The translations under genes and the position numbers were made by a program. This document shows, one piece after another, positions 47,001-59,888 of a DNA stretch of 64,000 nucleotides (the first letter of the stretch is position 1; each line of letters starts with the position of its first letter). This DNA comes from Azolla caroliniana (taxonomy: Eukaryota > Plantae > Polypodiophyta). The notes beneath the pieces are model-generated. The model was not told where the DNA came from and searched no databases. It was given only the letters and a program-made list of their open reading frames with translations. Where the stretch lies: positions 5,704,001-5,768,000 of the forward strand of contig JBHGNT010000018.1 in the NCBI GenBank assembly GCA_043228905.1, given 5' to 3'.

Positions 47001-50000
47001 TTATAAGTGTTATAACCCTCGCACCAAACAAGCGCGCGTGAACCGCGACGTTGTGTTTGACTAGTCTGCGTCCTAGTACTTGCCTCTTACTCCGGACCTC
47101 ACCTCCAATACGAGTTTTGACGATGAGGTCAGCGAGGACAAGATGTCTTCGTATGAGCCTGAAATCAAGACCCGCGTAGAGAGTTCGATTTCGTTTCAGT
47201 TAAGTGGACCGAATGGACGACTGAGTCGGTTTGACCAGTCTGATGAAGAGCCGACGAATAGTGGAGACTCGGCCGTGTATTCCCTGTGCAGGAAGCCAAG
47301 GAGGCAGCTTACGCGCAAGGAAAAAGGGAAGAAGAAGGTGTCGGATTACGGCATGGATAGGAACGAGTCGGATTGACGCGAGACCGACTCCGAGGGAAGT
47401 GATGACGGGTCTTCGAGAGCGAAGTTCGCATCGGCTAAGAAAGCCTCAACATCGGCTAATGAACAATTACGCCGATCTACTCGCCAGAAGAACCCTATTG
47501 TACGGTTCGGATACAACGAGTACATGGCACATCACTATGCATACATGACGCGTGTAGTGGAAGTGCATGAGCCGGAGAGCTACGGAGAAGCAACAAAAGC
47601 CGCGAATTGGCATGCCGCGATGGAGGAAGAGATGCACGCATTGGCTGAAAACAAAAACTGGGACCTAGTTGATGCACCGAAAGGTGTGAAGCCAATCGGA
47701 TGTAGGTGGGTGTACAAGGTCAAGTACAACACTGACGGCTCAGTCAACCGGTACAAGGCCTGGTTAGTAGCAAAAGGTTATGCGCAACAACACGACATCG
47801 ACTACAATGAGACGTTTGCACTGGTTGCGAAGATGACGACCGTCCGTGTTTTGCTCGTGGTAGCTGCGGCAAAGGGGTGGCACTTACATCAAATGGATGT
47901 AAAGAATGCATTCCTACAAGGTGAGCTTGAGGAATAGGTGTAGATGGTACAACTCCTTGGATTTCACTCTGGAACGAACACTTCGGCGGTGTGCCGGTTG
48001 AAGAAGTCCCTTTACGGACTAAAGCAAGCCCTGCGTGCCTAGAACGCGAAGATCACTTAGTGATTGCGTTGGATGGGATTTGCAATGTCAAAATCGGACT
48101 CCTCACTGTTCATCCGGAAAGGTTGACTCGGGCCAGTTAGTATTTTACCTTATGTTGATGACTTGGTCATCACCGACGTTGACCTAGGTGAAATTGACCG
48201 CGTAAAGCTCCAGCTTGCGGCATCATTCGACATGAAGGATCTGGGTGACCTTCATTACTTCCTCGGGATTGAAGTGATCCGCACCCCCGAGGGCATACTA
48301 ATCAGCCAACGACATTATGTGCTGAGTATGCTCTTCAAATTCGGGATGGCAGATTGTAAGTCCGTCTCGACTCCTCTGGATAGAACCGTCATGCTTCGCC
48401 CCGATTCCGGAAAGGTATGCGACCCGACGAGGTTTCGATAGATAGTCGGAAGCCTCATATACTTGACAATTACCCGACCCGACCTCAGTTAGCCGGTCGG
48501 GGTGATCAGTTAGTTCATGGTGCGACCCACCGAAGACCATTTTCAGTGTGTGCAACGCATATTGTGGTACGTAAGCGGCACTAAGGACCGGGGGCTACTA
48601 TATCGGACCAGTACATCCCCGCAGTTGGTCGGTTACACCGATGCCAACTGGGCGGGCAACGTCGCCGATCGCCAATCCACGTTCGGTTTCACGTTCTCTC
48701 TTGGGAGTGCCGCAATCATGTGGAGTAGCAAGAAGTAGCCGACAGTTGCGCTGTCGAGCACCGAAGCCGAGTATAGAGGAGCGGCTGTCGCGACATGCAA
48801 AGCCATATGGTTGAAGCGACTACTTAAGGATCTGCAGGTGGAGGTATCCGATCCAACGAAAATTTACTGCAACAACCTTAGTAGCATCCAGCTAGCAAAG
48901 AACCCCGTCTTCCACGCCTGGACTAAGCACATTGAGGCGCACTACCATTTCGTCCGTGAGCATGTCCTCTCCGGTGAAGTCGAACTTCAGTATGTTCCGA
49001 CGGATCAACAGACCGCCGACATCTTCACCAAGCCTCTTGGTCTGGACAAGTTGTGGCAATTCTCGGGTGCGCTTGGGTTGCGTCACCTCGACGTGCTGAA
49101 CTTGAGGGGGAGAGACGTCCCGAATGTCCACGGAAGGGGGAGAGAAGTTTCGGAAGACCGCGACACCGAGTCAGATGACGAATTTGATTTCGGATTCGCT
49201 GAAGAAGCCGAGGGTGGATCCATGGAAGATTCCGAAAGCGAACATAAGGGGAGCAATCGTAAGAAAGAGCCAAAGCCAACCAAGCGTGGGGGAGACGAAG
49301 CCATGAAGGTGGGAAGACCGAAGACGAGTTGGAGACAGCCAACTCGGATGAGAGAGAAAACCGATCGGAGGAAGCCGAGTCGGTTCAGATGTTTGATTCG
49401 GATACGCTGAATCAACCAAGGGCCAAGCGGAAGAGAAGGCAACAGAAGAGGTGCCAACACCGCGACATCAAGGAAGTTGAGAAGGGCCGTGTGAGCAGAC
49501 AAGCCAACCGGAAGGGTCGAAGCGCGCAGAATCGAACATGTCGAGGAGCACGAGCAAGGCGTGATGCCAGAAGGAACCGGAGCATAGATCTGGAAGAGCA
49601 GATGGAACCTCAAGTTGAGCTTGAGGGGGAGTCTTGAGATACAAGCTCAACATTGGATGGATCGGCTGTGCAAGCCGAGAACCGGATCAGTTGGCATTGA
49701 TCGGTTAGGCCGGACCGGTGTGTAAACCAGTGGGCAACGAGAAGGTGTAGCGGTGCGTAAACCGCGAGGCAGTTGGAAAGATATTCCATGTAGGAATATA
49801 TTTTGGGAGTTAGTGTAGAGCTCATTTATGAGCATTGAAGTATGTGTCAGTACTACTGCCAGTCCATATGGACTTGTATAAAAGTGCTCACTAAGCACAT
49901 CCTATGTACAGATTGAGTATTATTTTGAATTGAATTTCTGTGTGTCTTCTCTTTCTCTCTGTCTCTCTGTCTCTGTCTCTCCCACATACTGTGTATATTC

Positions 50001-50070
50001 AAGGTCTCCATTAAACCTGCGTATTTTCTGTGTTCGGTTTTCTACTTGCTTCCGCACGCTATTCTTTACA
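43647..50070 (+). mobile_element. Copia F, full length and degenerate. LTRs 43647-44114 and 49632-50070, TSD TTATA/TTATT
   Basis: LTR pair, PBS TGGTATCAGAGC at 44115, PPT TTGAGGGGGAG at 49621-49631, and gag, PR, INT, RT, RH remnants in Copia order. Confidence 0.92.
45906..46555 (+). mobile_element. Solo LTR G (same family as the C and L LTRs) inside the integrase of F
   Basis: TGTTAGG...CTGTCA with perfect TSD AGAGT (45901-45905, 46556-46560); no PBS or internal sequence. Confidence 0.93.
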
Positions 50071-52368
50071 TTATTGTTTTATGTTGTGTGTGAAGAACCA
50101 TACTCGATTTTGTACATTCCTCACAATTTTCACACCGTTGCCGAAAATCTTCACAACATCAGAAGACCGGAAAAGGACCAACCTTCGTGATGAAGCACAA
50201 GGCGAACTTAATGAAGAAGACCACTTTCGGATCGGAGGAAGTGTGGTACATTGATTCCGGAACATCTAACCATATAACGAGCCATGAAGAGTGGTTCTCG
50301 TTTTTAGAGAAACCGGTTGCTCCGAATTCGTCTTCCGGTTCTAGGCCCTTCACCGTATCGGACCATGTCCGAGTCTTGGCCTTCTTCTTCCGGTCGGCTC
50401 TATCCTTCTTGACTCTGTCATCGCTGCTGCTTGTTCCGACTTGTTCGGATGTGTCAACTTCCTTTGTCGACTCGGCTCCGTTCTTCTTCTTGTCTCTCCT
50501 GTTGTCCCTTCTACCCTCACCGGCGCAATCGACAGTTTCTTTGCATTTGCCCGTACCAGTGTCTTTGCCCATTCTCCCCCTCAAGTGTGGCACGTCGAGA
50601 TGCTGAACACCAAGCATTTCGGTGAAGTGCTGCAACATGTCCAATCCGAGCGGTTTGGTGAAGATGTCGGCAACTTGCCAATCCGTATGAACATACTGAA
50701 GTTCGACTTCACCGCTCAAGACATACTCATGCATGAAGTGGTAGTGCACTTCTATGTGCTTTGTGTGAGCATGGAATACGGGGCTCTTGGCGAGCTGCAT
50801 GCTGCTTATGTTGTCACAGTAGATCAGGATCGGGGTCGGCACCTTGATCTGCATGTCTTTCAGCAGTCGCCGAAGCCAAATGGCTTCATAGGTGGCAACG
50901 GTAGCGCCCTGGTATTCAGCCTCAGTGCTCGAGAGGGCCACTGTTGGCTGTTTTTTGCTGCTCCACGCAACAGTCGCGCTACCAAGGGAAAACATATAGC
51001 CGGAGGTGGATCGGCGATCCGATGCATCGCCGGCCCAATCGGCATCAGTGTAGCCGACTAGCTCTTCGGTTATACCATGCTGGTATAATAGTCCTCATTC
51101 CTTCGTGCCGCTCACATATCGCAAAATTCGATGCGCGCATAGAAGGTGCTCCACGGTCGGCTGATGCATATATTGGCTGATCACGCCGACCAGATAACTG
51201 ATGTTGAGTCAGGTGATTGTCAAATATATAAGGCTTTCGACGATTTGTATGAACCGATTCTCATCGCAGGCCAGTCCGGAATCGGGATGAAGCTTTTGGT
51301 TCCAATCCAGGGGTGTGGATATCGGTCGGCATTCCGTCATGCCGAACTTGTACAACATATTCAACACATAGTGTCTTTGTGAGAGCAATATGCCGTCAGG
51401 GGTTCGGATCACCTTGATCCCAAGGAAATAGTGAAGGTCCCCCAGGTCCTTCATGTCAAATGTGTCTGATAGCTGGGACTTGACTCGACTGATTTCATCG
51501 AGTCCGGATCCGGTGATGACTAGATCATCAACATACAATAAGATGCAAACCGGACTGTCCAGACCTTGCCGGATGAACAACGAAGAGTCAGACTTCGAGG
51601 TCACAAACCCCATCTTACACAACCAGTGCGCAATCTTGGCATTCCGAGCTCGGGGGGCTTGCTTCAGGCCATAAAGTGACTTCTTCAACCGGCATACCGC
51701 CGACTTGTTCATCTCCAACTGGAAACCGGGGGGTTGGATAATAAAGACCTCTTCTTCAAGATCCCATTGAAGAAATGCATTCTTCACATCCATCTGGTGA
51801 AGATGACACCCCCTTGCTGCAGCAATCGCCAACACCACACGAACCGTCGTCATCTTCGCTACTAGAGCGAAGGTCTCATCGTAGTCGATTCCGTGGGTCT
51901 GCGCGTATCCCTTCGCCACTAACCGGGCCTTGTACCGGTTAACTGAACCGTCGGCATTGTACTTTACCTTGTACACCCACTTACATCTGATCGGTTTATA
52001 GTATCGGGGAGGGTCAACTAGGTTCCATGTGTCGTTAGCATCAAGTGCCCGCATAAGGTGCCCGCATTTCTTCCTCCATAGCGGCATGCCAATTTGCGTC
52101 ATTTGCCGCTTCTGCGTAGCTCTCTGGCTCACACACTTCCGCCACCTTGGTCATGTACGTATAGTGATGCGCCATGTAGTCATTGTACCCGTACCGCTTC
52201 ACGAGGTTCTTCTGGCGGGAAGACTGGCATAACTTATCGTTATCCGATGTGAGACCCTTCTTGGCCGGTTCCAATTTCATTCTTGAAGATCCACCTTCAT
52301 CTTTTCCGGAGTCGGATTCGCTCCGATCTGACTCAACGTTGCTGGTTTCGTATTCCGACATCTTTTTT

Positions 52369-55300
52369 TGACAGGAACTACACGCTCCCTATGCGCAACG
52401 CTCGGCCACAACCGAGCTTAGAAACATACACAGAAAAAACGGGGAATGGATGCACGACACAAAAGAGAGAAGAGTACACAAGATGTTTAACATGGAAAAC
52501 CCTGAGAGGGAAAAACCACGGGAGTCCACAGACTCCAAACTATCACTATATCACAAAGATTACAATAGTGAGCTCACGGAGGCAACGACCTCGTGCTCAC
52601 GATCTTCGCCACAGGCAGTGGTTACAACAGAGGCAACAACCTCTTCCTCTCTCTCTCTCTCTCTCTGTACACTGTTAAGCGCACTCTCTTCTAGCGTCAA
52701 CAAGAATGACAACCACTATCCCACTAAACAAAGTTTGCCCTAAGTCATATTTATACTAATATGACTTTTCGGCTATTTACAAATATAGCCCCAATGGCTT
52801 CTAAGGAAAAACATATTTACGAATATGTCCCTTCATCTGGTGAGCACTTCTCACAGGGCCTTCACCATCCGGCGCTGGCCGGGCACTCGTCATCTAGTTC
52901 TCCGTAGCTGGGTACTCCTCATCCGGTTCTCACCGGGTCTTCACCATTCGGCTCTTGCTGGGTACTCGTCATCCGATTCTGGGTAGCCGGGAACTCCTCA
53001 TCCGGTTTCGGCCGAGGCCTATTAGCCTTGGTCGAGTTTGCTCATCGATGCTGTTCTGCTCACTTCCCATTCGGAGGGACCTGTTTCCTAACAAACTCCC
53101 CCTTCACTCTAGCATGGGGTGTCTTACTAGTTCGATTCGCTTCCGGCATGCTTCCAGCTTGTCGGGTATCAACACTTTGGTCAACATATTTGACCCGTTC
53201 TCGTCCATGTGGATCTTCGTCAGCGCGAACTCATGCTCATCTACTCTTTCCCGGATCCAGTGATACCTTTGCTAGATATGCTTTGTCCGGGAATGGTAGG
53301 CCGCATTCTTAGCAAGGTGGATGGCACTTTGACTGTTGCAATAGAGCTGGTATTCATCTTGCCAGATACCGAGCTCTCCGATGAAGTCCTTCATCCATAA
53401 TATTTCCTTGCCGGCTTCCACAGCCGCCATGTACTCCGCCTCCGTGGTTGACAATGCAACTTTCTTCTGTAGCCTCGACTGCCACGAAACAACTCCTCCT
53501 GCATATGTCATTACATACCCGGATGTAGAACGGCTGGTATCCACATCAGCCGACATGTCCGAATCGATAAAACCGTCAAGTTGAGGTTTTCCGGAGCCGA
53601 ATCGGAGACACATATTTGAAGTGCCCTTCAAGTACCGGAGTATCCATTTGGCCGCGTTCCAATGCTCCTTGCCGGGATTGCTCATAAACCGGCTCACCAC
53701 TCCGACTGTGTATCCTATATCCGGTCTGGTACACACCATTGCATACATTAAGCTCCCGACGGCAGAGGCATATGGAACCTTCATCATATCTGCCTTCTCT
53801 GCTTTTGTCTTTGGGCTTTGCTTACCGGATAATCTGTAGTTAGCCGGAAGTGTCGATCCGACCGGTTTCGCATCTGACATGTTGAACCGATGAAGCACCT
53901 TTGTCAGGTATTTCTCCTGTGACAGCCACAGTTGCTTCGCTGGCCGGTTCTGGATGATATGCATCCCCAACATCTGTCTTGCCGGACCCAAGTCTTTCAT
54001 CGCGAAGTTTCGGTTCAGAGCCTTCTTCAGCATCCATATTTTAGCTTGGTCCCGTCCGACGATCAACATGTCGTCCACGTACAGAAGGAGTATTAGGAAA
54101 TCGCCTCCTTCGAACTTCTTCACAAACACGCAGTGATCGACCTGCGTCTTGTGGTACCCTAGATCGGTCATGAAGGAGTCGAACTTCCAGTACCATTGTC
54201 GGGGAGCCTGCTTCAGTCCGTACAGGCTCTTCTTCAACCGGCATACCAGGTGCTCCTTCCCCTTCTCCACGAATCTTTCCGGTTGCTGCATGTAGATCTC
54301 CTCTTTGAGGTCACCGTGAAGGAATGCCGTCTTCACGTCCAGCTGCTCTACCTCGAGGTCCATGCTTGCCGCTATACTAAGCACTGTCCGGATGGAGGTC
54401 ATCTTTACTACCGGGGCAAATATCTCGTCGAAGTCCATGCCCTTCTTCTGTTGGAACCCTTTTACCACGATCCTGGCTTTGTATCTCAGGGGGTTGCCAA
54501 CATCTCCCAGTTTCAACTTGTGCACCCACTTGTTCCGGAGTGCCCCCTTTCCTTTCGGCAACTCCACCAATTCGTACGTATGGATCTCATGCAGGGAATC
54601 CATTCCATCCTGCATGGCACTTAACCATCTTCGGCTGTGGGTGTCATCCTTCACTTCTTCGAAGCTTTCTGGCTCCCCCTCATCGGTTAGCAGCACATGC
54701 TTTGCATCCGGAAATCTCCCGGGGGCCCTTCTCTCTCTGAGAGGATATCTCTGTCTCTGGGCTTCGGTAACCGGCTCCTCCATTTGCTCTTCATCCGAAT
54801 CCGATTCGGGGTCTTGGCCAGTTCCGGTTTCAGCTTCCTCTACTTCTTCTTCTGCCGGTTCGGTATCCTCACCGTAACCGGCCGGTTCCTCGAGTGCTAA
54901 CCGGTCTCTTGCTGGTTGGGTCTGCTCATCATAGAATCGATCCTTACCGGTCGATTCAGAGTTCATTATTGTTGAGAGACAAGCTCAACATCGGCTGGAT
55001 CAGCTGAAGAAGCCGAGGACCGGATCGGTTGGGACCGATCGGTTAGGTCGAGTGTGTAAACCTGGAGGCCGTTAGGAAAGATATTCCGTGAGGAATATAT
55101 TTGGGAGTTAGTGTAGGAGCTCTTAATGAGCATTGAAGTACTGTCAGTACTTCGGTCAGTCCTTCTAGGACTTGTATAAAAGTGTTCACTGAAGCACGTC
55201 TTATGTACAGATTGAGTATTATTGTTGAATATAGTTTTTTGTGTGTCTCTCTCTCTGTCTCTCCTGCGTACACCGTGTAAGCTCAAGCTCTCCGTTAAAC

Positions 55301-58300
55301 TTGAGTTTCCCCCCTTTTGTTCGGTCTTCATACTTGCTTCCGCACGCTACTTTCTACATGGTATCAGAGCGCGAGGGTTGAGAACCTCTCTGCAGCCGAC
55401 ACAACTTGACGAAGAAGAACGATGGATAGAGGCATGGTGAGCTCGCTTCCAACAGAGAAGCTCGACAAAACCAACTACGCGTCTTGGTCCTACAAGATGC
55501 ACCAGTACCTGCTTGGACACGGCTACTGGAGTTATGTCGAAGGAGCTAATGACGCAGCACCCGAATCGACACACAAAGACTTCCCGTCGTGGGAGCAATT
55601 AGCGAGCAGGGTATTATACTGCTTTGCGTCGTGTGTGGGCGAACAACTATTGAGCTATGTTCAGGATGCAAAGACGCCGAACGGTGCGTGGGAAAATTTG
55701 AAGAAGATTTTCGCCGTGAGCACCATAGCCAGGAAGCTTCAGCTCCAACAGGAGTTGAGCAACCTACGACAACGCGACTTGTCGGTGGCGGACTATAACT
55801 AGAAGATCAAGGATATCTGCGACTCCCTCGCCTCCATAGAGGTGAACATCGAGGAGAGCGAGATGGTCCAGATCTGTCTCAGAGGTTTGGCGTCGAAGTT
55901 CGGAGCGTTCCGAACGACTGTGTGTACCTGGGAGAATACGCAGTCCTTTTTCGACTTACAGTTGATGCTCATGGTAGAGGAGAACCACGCGGGTGTGTCG
56001 ACGAGCACGCACACCGACATCAGAATGCTGTACACGGAGGGAGATAGGCCCCGTGGACGTGGAGGACGAGGCGAGTCGGCGCGCAATGGAGGCGGCCGAC
56101 GAGATCAAGGAAGAAGGCACCGAAGTGATGTCGACAGCAACTCCGGACCCTCCGGAAACAGGGGGAGTCGAAGCGATGAGAACCGGCAAGGAAAGGCAAT
56201 CGCGGAGTGCTGGTACTGTGGCAAGAAAGGTCACAGGGAAAGCGAGTGCTGGAATAAGCGCGCCGATTCGGAGAGAACCGGTTCCGGAAACGGCTCCAGA
56301 CATACCGGCAAGGGAAATTGGCAGCGATCGCACTACGCCGAAGACTCCGGGAGAGCCGGAGAAGGGTCTGTCTTCGTGACGAGACACGAAGAAAACTCAA
56401 TGAAACAAAGCACCCCGAGATCGGACGAGGTGTGGTACGTAGACTCCGGCGCGTCAAACCACATGATGAGCCATAAGGAGTGGTTCTCGTACCTTGAAAA
56501 ACTGATACAACCTGGAGTAGTCGCAACAGGAGACGACACTCCGCATCCGATCGTGAATGTCGGAGAAGTTCCCCTTAGCCATGTCGGGCAGAAAGGGAAA
56601 CTCATGAACGTGCTGCACGTCCCGACAATCACGAAGAACTTGGTCTTGGTCGGACAGATCGTCGACCAAGGGATGGAGGTCCGGTTTACACACCTCGGGT
56701 GCTTCATTGAGGAAGAAGGCCGTGTGATTGCGCAAGGGAGCAGAGACGGGAGGATGTTCATCCTCGACTCCACTGACGGCGGCACCTCAATGTTCGCGAA
56801 GGGGCAAAAAGCCGAGTCGGACATCGACTTGTGTCTCTCTCTCTCTATCTCTCCTGCGTACACCGTGTAAGCTCAAGCTCTCCATTAAACCTGAGTTTCC
56901 CCCCTTCTGTTCGGTCTTCATACTTGCTTTCGCATGCTACTTTCTACAATTATCTTCTTCTACGACTCCCAGTCGGCGAGTGTCTTGTCCTCCATGAAGA
57001 TAATATCTCGACTCCGGAATACCTTCTTGTTGACCGGGTCCCACACTCGGTAGCCGAACTCATCGTCGCCGTAACCAAGGAATATGCATGGCCGGGTCTT
57101 TGGATCCAACTTTCCTCTCCGGTCCTTAGCTACATGCATGTACGCGAGACACCCGAACACCTTCAGATGCCGGTAGGACACTTCCTTATCTCTGTCCAAG
57201 GGTACTGAGGGTGATCTGTTTATCACATATGTCGCCGTCGACAGTGCCTCAACCCAAAACTTCTTGGGTAGTTTTGCATGCGCCAGCATACTCCGGACCC
57301 TCTCCATTATGGTCCGGTTCATCCTCTCGGCCAGCCTGTTTAGTTCCGACGTCTTCGGCACGGTAAATTCTAGCCGGATTCCCTTCGAGCGACAGTACTT
57401 CTCGAACTGCCCCCGGTATTCACCTCCGTTATCTGCTCGAACCGCCTTCAGCTTCCGGCCGGTTTCTCTTTCCACTCTCGCGTGGAGCTCTTTGAAGACG
57501 GATAACACCTGATCGTTCGTCTTCATCGGTGTGGCCCACAACTTCCGGCTATGGTCATCTATGAACGTCACGAAGTACTGCGATCCTGCATGTGACTTCG
57601 TGTCCACTTGATACACATCAGTATGCACCAACTCCAGTGGTGCATTACGTCTCATCGGTGGCTTCGATCGGAAGGAGGTCCGGTTTTGCTTACCGGCCAG
57701 ACAATCAGTGCACTTCTCCAAGTGCACGTTCTTCACTGGAATGAGGTTGTCGTTTGCAACCCTCTTCATCCCCTTCTCACTCATGTGACACAACCTTTTG
57801 TGCCACAGCTCACCGGCAGTGTCGGATGCCACGTTCACTTCCTTTGAACATAACCGGGCATTCATCAGGTACAACATGTTTACCTTCCGGGCCCGAGCCA
57901 CAATCAGGCTCCCTTTGCTGAACTTCATAACACTGTTCCGGATGCTACCCGTGTAGCCTTCATCATCTAGCAGACCAGCTGATATCAGGTTCAGATGAAC
58001 CTCCGGAACGTGTCGGACATCCTTTAGTAGTAGCTTGCATCCGGTTGGTGTTGTCAACCACACGTCTCCTATGCCGACAATTCGGCATGTACCTTCATTC
58101 CCCATCCGGACACAGCCGTGATCACCGGTTGAGTAGGATGAGAAGCATTTCCGGTCCGGGGTAAGGTGGAACGACGCTCCGGAGTCGACCACCCAGGTCA
58201 TCTCATCGCCGGCAAGGTTTATCTCACTCTCCTCATTGATGAGCATAAACTCTTCTTCACTTGCCACGATTGCCGTCGTTCCCTTCCGGTCCGTTCCCCT

Positions 58301-59888
58301 CCGGTCTTTACCGTTCCGGTCCGGTGTCCGCTTTGATTTGGTATCGTCGGTTTCCTTGTCTTTTCGGAAATGTTGACAGTTCTTCTGGAAGTGTCCTGGC
58401 TTGCCGCAATAGAAGCAAGTAGGCCTCCCCCTTGACTTTGACCGTGTCCCCGACTTTTCCCGGTTCTGGGGACTACGGTTTCTATGTCTTCCGTGTTCCG
58501 ATTCGGTAAGGAGCGCTTTGGAGTCGGAGCTCGTATCCTTATCTTTCCGACGCGCCTCCTCATCTAGCAAGCTCGACTTCACTCTTGCTAGGGATAACCG
58601 TTTCCCTTCCGGCCCGGCGTTGCCCAAAGTGACAACCAACGTCTCCCAGCTATCCGGGAGGGAACCGAGCAGGAGTAGTGCTAGTACCTCATCGGCAAGA
58701 GGTACTTCCAATTATGTTGCCTGGTGGATCAGCCCCTGGAAGGCCTTCATGTGCTCCGCCATGCTGGAGCCATCTTGGTACCGGAGTCTTACTAGCTTCC
58801 GAAATACTGAAACCTGATTAACAACATTTTTGTTTTGAAACATAATGCCGATCTTCTTCCAGAGCTCATGAGCCTTACTCTCTTCATTGAAGTTGTTGTA
58901 TAGGCTCATGTTGATGAAGCACCGTATGTACGCCATTGTCTTCATGTGCATTACCTCCCATATTGTGGCGTCGATTTTGTCCGGTCTCTTGTCCCCGAAC
59001 TGAACCGGCAGCCAGAGGTCTTTAACCACGAGTATGTCCCTCATCTTCGACTTCCACACCGAATAGTTGGAGCCGGTGAGCTTGAACATGCCTCCCAACG
59101 ATTCATCCATTTTCTGTGTCGTTTTGCTCTGATACCACTTGACAGGAACTGCACGCTCCCTATGCGCAACGCTCGGCCACAACCGAGCTTAGAAACATAC
59201 ACAGAAAAAACGGGGAATGGATGCACGACACAAAAGAGAGAAGAGTACACAGGATGTTTAATGTGGAAAACCCTGAGAGGGAAAAACCACGGGAGTCCAC
59301 AGACTCCAAACTATCACTATATCACAATGATTACAACAGTGAGCTCACGGAGGCAACGACCTCGTGCTCACGATCTTCGCCACAGGCGGCGGTTACAACA
59401 GAGGCAACGACCTCTTCCTCTCTCTCTCTCTCTCTGTACACTATTAAGCACACTCTCTTCTAGCGCCAACAAGAATGACAACCACTATCCCACTAAACAA
59501 AGTTTGCCCTAAGTCATATTTATACTAATATGACTTTTCGGCTATTTACAAATATAGCCCTGATGGCTTCTCAGGAAAAACATATTTACGAATATGTCCC
59601 TTCATCCGGTGAGCACTTCTCATCGGGCCTTCACCATCCGGCGCTGGCCGGGCACTCGTCATCCAGTTCTCTGTAGCTGGGTACTCCTCATCCGGTTCTC
59701 ACCGGGTCTTCCGTTGCCGGGTATTCCTCATCCGGTTCTCACCGGATCTTCACCATCCGGCTCTTGCTGGGTACTCGTCATCCGGTTTTGGGTAGCCGGG
59801 TACTCCTCATCCGGTTTCGGCCAAAGCCGAGTTTGCTCATCGGCGTTGTTCTCCTCACTTCCCATCCGGAGGGACTTGTTTCCTAACA
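52369..59888 (-). mobile_element. Copia L (Tork-like, C family), full length. LTRs 52369-53093 and 59140-59888, TSD TTTTT; split by M
   Basis: LTR pair, PBS at 59126-59137, PPT at about 53094-53110, long ORFs 56960-58711 (gag-PR-INT) and 53272-54966 (RT-RH). Confidence 0.93.
54970..56948 (+). mobile_element. Copia M (D/F lineage), internally deleted: 5' LTR 54970-55358, PBS, gag-protease, then only the distal about 120 bp of the 3' LTR; TSD ATTAT
   Basis: ATTAT at 54965-54969 and 56949-56953; the ORF jumps from ESDIDL into LTR sequence near 56830. Confidence 0.9.

Larger units (their letters stand above)
42784..50158. mobile_element. Element E: probable solo LTR of about 0.95 kb (42784-43646 plus 50071-50158) inserted in D gag and split by F
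   Basis: Inverted termini TGTCGTGAAGAT / ATCTTCACAACA; flanks TCGG / TCAG (4-bp TSD, one mismatch); non-coding, with internal GC-rich repeats at 43200-43315. Confidence 0.65.
41340..50316 (+). mobile_element. Copia D, 3'-truncated: 5' LTR 41340-41761, PBS, gag 41856-42783 resuming at 50159 into protease
   Basis: TG...CA LTR followed by TGGTATCAGAG; gag LPTEKLNRSNYASWSYKMHQYLLGHGYW and CWYCGKKGH knuckle; continuation [11 protein letters not shown]...[10 protein letters not shown] after element E. Confidence 0.85.

Noticed and set aside
49083-49613. 176-aa antisense ORF in F as an env-like gene
   Set aside because: Its S/L/F-rich content mirrors the purine-rich charged sense strand, and I see no conservation in A or H.
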